NCBI RefSeq assembly: GCF_001194135.2
Contig: NC_068990.1
Span: forward strand, 54,276,766-54,318,052
Length of the DNA: 41,287 bases
Reading direction: 5' to 3'
Source: Octopus bimaculoides
Taxonomy: Eukaryota
This document shows positions 36,445-41,287 of the stretch, in pieces (the stretch's first letter is position 1; every line of letters starts with the position of its first letter). The notes beneath the pieces are model-generated. The model made no database searches. It was given only the letters and a program-made list of their open reading frames with translations, and had not been told where the DNA came from. Position numbers and translations under genes: made by a program.

Positions 36445-36610
36445 GTCAGATTGGCGTAGTCATGTAGGCCTGCACCTCTGGAGTTCGTGATCCTGGTTCG
36501 AATCCCACTGGGGCTGCGAGAAGAAAAAACCCTCACACCTGGGTCGTCCGAGTGCTCGCCAATGTACCCAGCTGGAAACAGGTACTTAGCCCTTCTCAGG
36601 GCCGCAGCAC
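36445..36610 (+). promoter_or_regulatory. tRNA-like internal Pol III promoter (SINE-like head plus core) directly after the HERO stop codon
   Basis: A-box TGGCGTAGTCATG (36452-36464) and B-box GGTTCGAATCC (36495-36505), starts 43 nt apart. Followed by GTACCCAGCTGGAAACAGGTAC (36564-36585), which resembles conserved central SINE domains. Confidence 0.7.
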
Positions 36611-37089
36611 ACATCACAGCAGTGCTAGAAAAAAGAGATAGTTCAAACTGTTCTTGTCAAAGCCCAGAGCCATTCTCAGGTCACTGTTGCTCATACTCTC
36701 CATAGAAAGTAAAACTTATTTTCCCGCTAACAGCATCTCCCAGTTGGTAAAGTGCTGTAAGTCTTTGTAACATTTTAAATGCCAACCACCTAACCCTGGT
36801 CTGCTGCCAAAAGGCACCCAGACCAGTTCACCTGTTTCTTTACCACTGTTATAGTTAGCATTGTTAAGGTCAAAATATTTCAGCAGGAGCATGAGCCTCA
36901 GTGTGTGTCTTGCACATCAACATCAACAGCGTATTGAACAACCACAAATTGGGTGTTGGCAGTAGATACATTCTTTGTAGCAGAACCTGACCCTTCCATA
37001 AGTGACAGATGACAACAACACAGACAAAAAAAAAATAAATAAAATAACACAAACAGAACTACAAAACATATTAAAGAAGAAATGTAGAG

Positions 37090-37470
37090 AAAAACCACTC
37101 CATGATCAATACCTTACATGGCTTGACAGAGAAGATGTGAGCCTGAGTAAAGACTAACAATGGCTGGGAACAATGTTTAGGGTGGGACATGGTAGGCATG
37201 AATGGAGGAGTATGCAGTATACTAGTCCAGAGGAGTATGTGACTTTATAGTAGTAATAAGAGACAGAAAAAACAGCATATTTGTAATGTAATAATAATGA
37301 ATGTCATTGTCAATCATTTAGATGGATAGTTTCTTTGGGGTACAACCTAGAACATTTGTGTGAAAAGTACACTAGTTTGGGAGTGTCAGCATCTGATTAG
37401 AGCCCAAGTATATTCAGGCTTTGGGATACGATTATTTTCACAATGTAACATAGTTGCCACATGAGATCAG
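37090..37470 (-). mobile_element. Decayed CR1/L2-like LINE 3' relic
   Basis: Minus-strand AVFSVSYYYYKVTYSSGLVYCILL resembles the VASLSLFYRYYxGxCSSELxxxIPP region of CR1/L2-group C-termini. Confidence 0.35.
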
Positions 37471-38025
37471 GTTTTCTTCATGAATGAAATCAAGTATCAT
37501 TAAATTGAATATAAGCACAATGTTATATAATAAAGCAACTAACTTCATTATGAGCAATTCATAATTGCACTACTCTTTATGAATAAATTTTTGATGCTTA
37601 GTGATGAGTGGAGGCAGTATGGCACTAAACTGTTTGGCCCCTATGTGTTGGGCTGTTGAAAGGACCTATCCTCATTCATACACAACTGGTGTGTTTGTCT
37701 ACAGAGGCAGTACAGGTCTGGCATGATTGGTCTGGGTTGCAGGTTTTTTTAAACTAAGCACAGTAAGAACTCACCAACCTAATGGCAATGATTTATAAAA
37801 AGATCCCTGTCTCTCCCAATATGGTGATCATTAAATATAAAAGAAAATTATAGCTAATACAATTGCTGCATGAACAATTTAGTTGTTTACACTTCAACAC
37901 AATTTCTGAATACATGAAATAATACTAAACACTAACAAGCTTAAAACTAAAAAAATTCAACTTAACAGTGATACTAAATATTAACTGAATGTGAAACAGT
38001 TCTCTCCCTCTCTTTTTTCTTTCTT

Positions 38026-38057
<32 letters not shown>

Positions 38058-38849
38058 GCAATAAAGTTGTTCTTTTCTCTTTGAGATATGTATAAATATG
38101 GGAAATTTCAGACTACAGGAAACTAATTTCAAGAAGTTCTTGATGCATTTTGTTTCTTAAGTGAATCTAAAATCCTGTATTTAACATAAGTTGATTAAAT
38201 ATTTGTCTAAGATAATACAAAATATGTATTGTACTGGTATGGACACAGAATGTAAAAGAAATGACAGGCAAATGAATGTACATCAGAATAGGGGAAGTGG
38301 GTATTTGTAGAAATATCCGACCAAGACAGACTCTAAATGGTATGATTAGATTTAACCTGAGGATATTGGTTCTCAAGAATTCAATGATTTCTGGATAAAG
38401 ATGCCCAGAGAAATAAATGCTTTATGCAGACCTGTATATTAATTCATGGCAGTACAGAAGAATGAAAATATTAATACGATTATGATGGCGAAGGGAAAGT
38501 AATCTTTTTTAATCTCGATTCTACTTCACTTCAGCAAAAGGAAATGATTAATAGAGACTGAGTCAAATGTAATAAAAGTGCACTGCCTTGAATGTTATCT
38601 ATAAAAGAGGTTGAACTCATAACCTTTGACACATTAATTCAACTGTGACTCATTTTACAACAAATTAAATTAAGGCAGTTTGTGAACTCCATATAAATCA
38701 GCCAGTGAACCTCACTTGTCTATAATTTTAAAGCTGTCTATTTTATTTTAAAAGTAAAAACAAGAGATAATATTAGTTCCACTTTCTAAGACAAACAATA
38801 TGCAAAATGGTAAATTAAATCTTTCTGTTTTTTTTTGTTTTTTTTACAG

Positions 38850-38936
38850 TATCAACATCTCATCATATACAAAAGTAATTACCCTAACAGCGCAATCTTG
38901 AGGCTGAACTTAGTGCAAGTCTTTTCCTGGGTTTTG
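38850..38936 (+). CDS. Candidate phase-0/0 internal exon of an unidentified host gene
   Basis: Long T-rich tract ending TTTTTTTACAG, donor TTG|GTAAGG, 87 nt (29 codons). Open only in phase 0: YQHLIIYKSNYPNSAILRLNLVQVFSWVL. Confidence 0.38.
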
Positions 38937-39339
38937 GTAAGGTACCAGATCTGAAAGCTCACTTGAATGATAAGGAGAGAGAGGGTCATTCTCTTTCAGA
39001 ATAAGTCTGGGATATTTCCCTTTTTAAAAAAAAAAGAACTTTTCAAATATCCACTGAACAAGTTTGTCCATACCTTGGATATGGATGGATTTAATAACAC
39101 AGATTCTGACCAGTAACTAAATAATTTCTAAGAGAAATAAGAATAAAACATGAATGAAAGTCACAGTTTTGATTGGCAATTTTGAAACTTTCATTTAAAG
39201 AACTTTTGAGTAGCTGCAAAGCTGTTTCATCACATTTTAAAATTAGAAATGTCACAAAGATATACAAAAAGAAAAAAAAGAAGCTTTTTTTTAATATCTT
39301 TTTTCCTATACACTACAAGGTGTGAGTGTATTTAAAGAG

Positions 39340-39434
<95 letters not shown>

Positions 39435-40217
39435 GTATTCACTTTCATTTCCAAGTTACTAACGTTTTGTACAATAGAAAGATTCAGACAAGAATCCAAG
39501 ATAAAGTAAAACATTTTCTTTTGAAGGTAGATTAAACAAACTATATATGGAAAATAATTCAATGAGAGAATAGATATTACAACGATTATTGAAGCAACAA
39601 CACTGAGTAAGCCATGGTAAAATAGATAATATATTAAGACAGGCAAGCAAGAGAATCTCTGAAAGAAAATACAGTTCCAGATGAGTCATTGTGAAGTGAC
39701 TCTAAGATAAAGAAGTTTTTCTCTTCTTTCAATGATTTACAGGGAAATAACAACCCCCTGCACACACACTACCTCAACCAACTGCTGCCAACCTTCAGCA
39801 AGCAAGCCAGCAACAATTCCTGACTCAGCAGTGGTTGGTTGGCAGGTAGGCTGGCTGGTAGATAGGTAGACTAATTCAAACCCATATAGTAAACTAGCAG
39901 TAAAGTAGACTGGGAGAGGCAGTGCAATGGGGCAAAGTACTGTCAGATAATACACACACATTTATGTGTGTATGTATGTGTGATAGGCAGAGCAAGTAGT
40001 TTATAAAATGTCAGACATGCAACTGGTCTGTCACCAATTTTCTTAAATGTAAACAGTCTGCTCCTCCACCCATTCTCCTACTATCTTAATAATGTGTAGG
40101 TGGAAGGAACTACCAAGTAAACAGAGTGAAGGGAGAGAGATTTAGGGAGTAACTGGTGGTTGTGGCCTAGTAGTAGTAGTTGTAGTAGCAGTAGTAACAT
40201 TATCAATATCAATATAT

Positions 40218-40260
<43 letters not shown>

Positions 40261-40324
40261 TAACTGTGATGATAATTCCTCCCTATTTCATATAAAGGGA
40301 TTAATTGAAATGATGTATGGTTTG

Positions 40325-40490
40325 CAAAAAGTAGCATACAAATCTGCATCAAATGGGATCTTATCTTGTAAAAAAGAAAGGGACATTGGATAATATAATC
40401 CTAGATATATTGTGTTTGATTAAAAAGATGGGATAACTATGGCTGTAATGCCTTTCATTATGAGTCTGTTTTATCATAAGTAACTATGTC
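40325..40490 (+). mobile_element. SINE-like repeat family C, degenerate
   Basis: AAAGTAGCATACAAATCT...AAAAAAGAAAGGGACATTGGATAATATAATCCTAGATA...CTATGGCTGTAATGCCTTTCATTATG. Confidence 0.5.
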
Positions 40491-41126
40491 TAAACAGCCT
40501 CAATTTTTTTTCAAATGAGAGTCCACTTACCTATAACAGGTAAGAGAAGAACCTAATCAGGTGAGGAAGGTTACTATGACAGGTCAGATGCCGAAGAAGA
40601 AAAACTGATAAGAAAAATATGAGAGAGAGGAAAAAGAGGAGGATGAATATTGATTTATTCAGCTGTATCAATCAGTTAGGTAAACAACTAGTTTATTTAC
40701 AGGTTGGTTCAATAAATATATAGTGGTGCATCTAATTCCAGTGCTCAACAAGGTTATGACTGAATGAAGAGAAACATTGATTTAGTTAACTAATTAATAT
40801 AGTTACCTAATCACTCAACTTGTTCTAGTTATGGAGAGTAAATATAAAAAAGATGACCTAGTAGTAAAGCCTCCAAATAACCAAAAGTTGATCCAATAAA
40901 ATTAAGGTAGTTAAAATAGGGGCTGTGCAATTAACATGGATCTCTCTTAACTAAACTTCATTTTAAAATTCTATGAAGGTCTTTTCTAAAATAAAATATA
41001 TATATATAAACAATATAAATACCTTTTAACAAACACCAAACAAGATCGTGTTTTTTCAGTTTTAAAGTGTTCTTATTTGTTGCTCACTGCCATTGAAACT
41101 ATACCAACCTGTACTCCTTGAAGTAC

Positions 41127-41287
41127 AGACTAGCTTGTACTCGCTGAAGTAGACTAGCTCATACTCATTAAAGTAGACTAGCTTGCACTTGTCGAAGCAG
41201 ACTAGCTCGTACTCGTCAAAGCAGACTAGCTCGTACTCGTCAAAGCAGACTAGCTCGTACTCGTCAAAGCAGACTAGCTCGTACTCG
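41127..41287. repeat. 24-bp minisatellite (AGACTAGCTCGTACTCGTCAAAGC)n, running off the right edge
   Basis: Unit starts at 41127, 41151, 41175, 41199, 41223, 41247 and 41271. The first three units are diverged; the later ones are identical. Confidence 0.97.

Noticed and set aside
36445-36516. Functional tRNA gene
   Set aside because: The A and B boxes are good, but the acceptor, anticodon and T stems pair poorly and no T-run terminator follows, so it is treated as a SINE-like head.
36716-36892. 58-aa minus-strand ORF (MLLLKYFDLNNANYNSGKETGELVWVPFGSRPGLGGWHLKC...)
   Set aside because: It looks protein-like but is short, has no recognisable motif and no clear splice acceptor, so it cannot be supported.
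39770-39850. Imperfect inverted repeat (CTGCCAACC ... GGTTGGCAG) in a GC-richer patch
   Set aside because: The arms are short and built from (CCAA)/(TTGG)-like simple repeats.
41127-41287. CRISPR array
   Set aside because: The repeats are directly adjacent with no unique spacers, and the context is eukaryotic.

Overview
AT-rich, microsatellite-dense animal genomic DNA from a draft scaffold with five N gaps. The dispersed repeats are ones I associate with octopus genomes (inference, not a database result). I found no intact protein-coding gene, rRNA, true tRNA or CRISPR array; the window is mostly layered transposon relics, probably in intronic or intergenic space. Main elements: (1) a near full-length but pseudogenised HERO-like RLE non-LTR retrotransposon (33159-36423, +), with a tRNA-like Pol III A-box/B-box module starting about 28 bp after its stop codon; (2) a very AT-rich Penelope-like element fragment (26852-27630, -; RT C-terminus, linker, GIY-YIG end) with a downstream minus-strand hammerhead-ribozyme-like fold whose stem II is 91 nt long (25533-25667); (3) RTE/RTE-X, R4/Dong-like and CR1/L2-like LINE fragments; (4) two mariner relics; (5) TTAA-, hAT- and Helitron-type non-autonomous elements; (6) many copies of at least three SINE-like families; (7) a 40-bp perfect palindrome with an overlapping hairpin; (8) a 24-bp minisatellite running off the right edge. 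A few candidate host exons are listed at low confidence.
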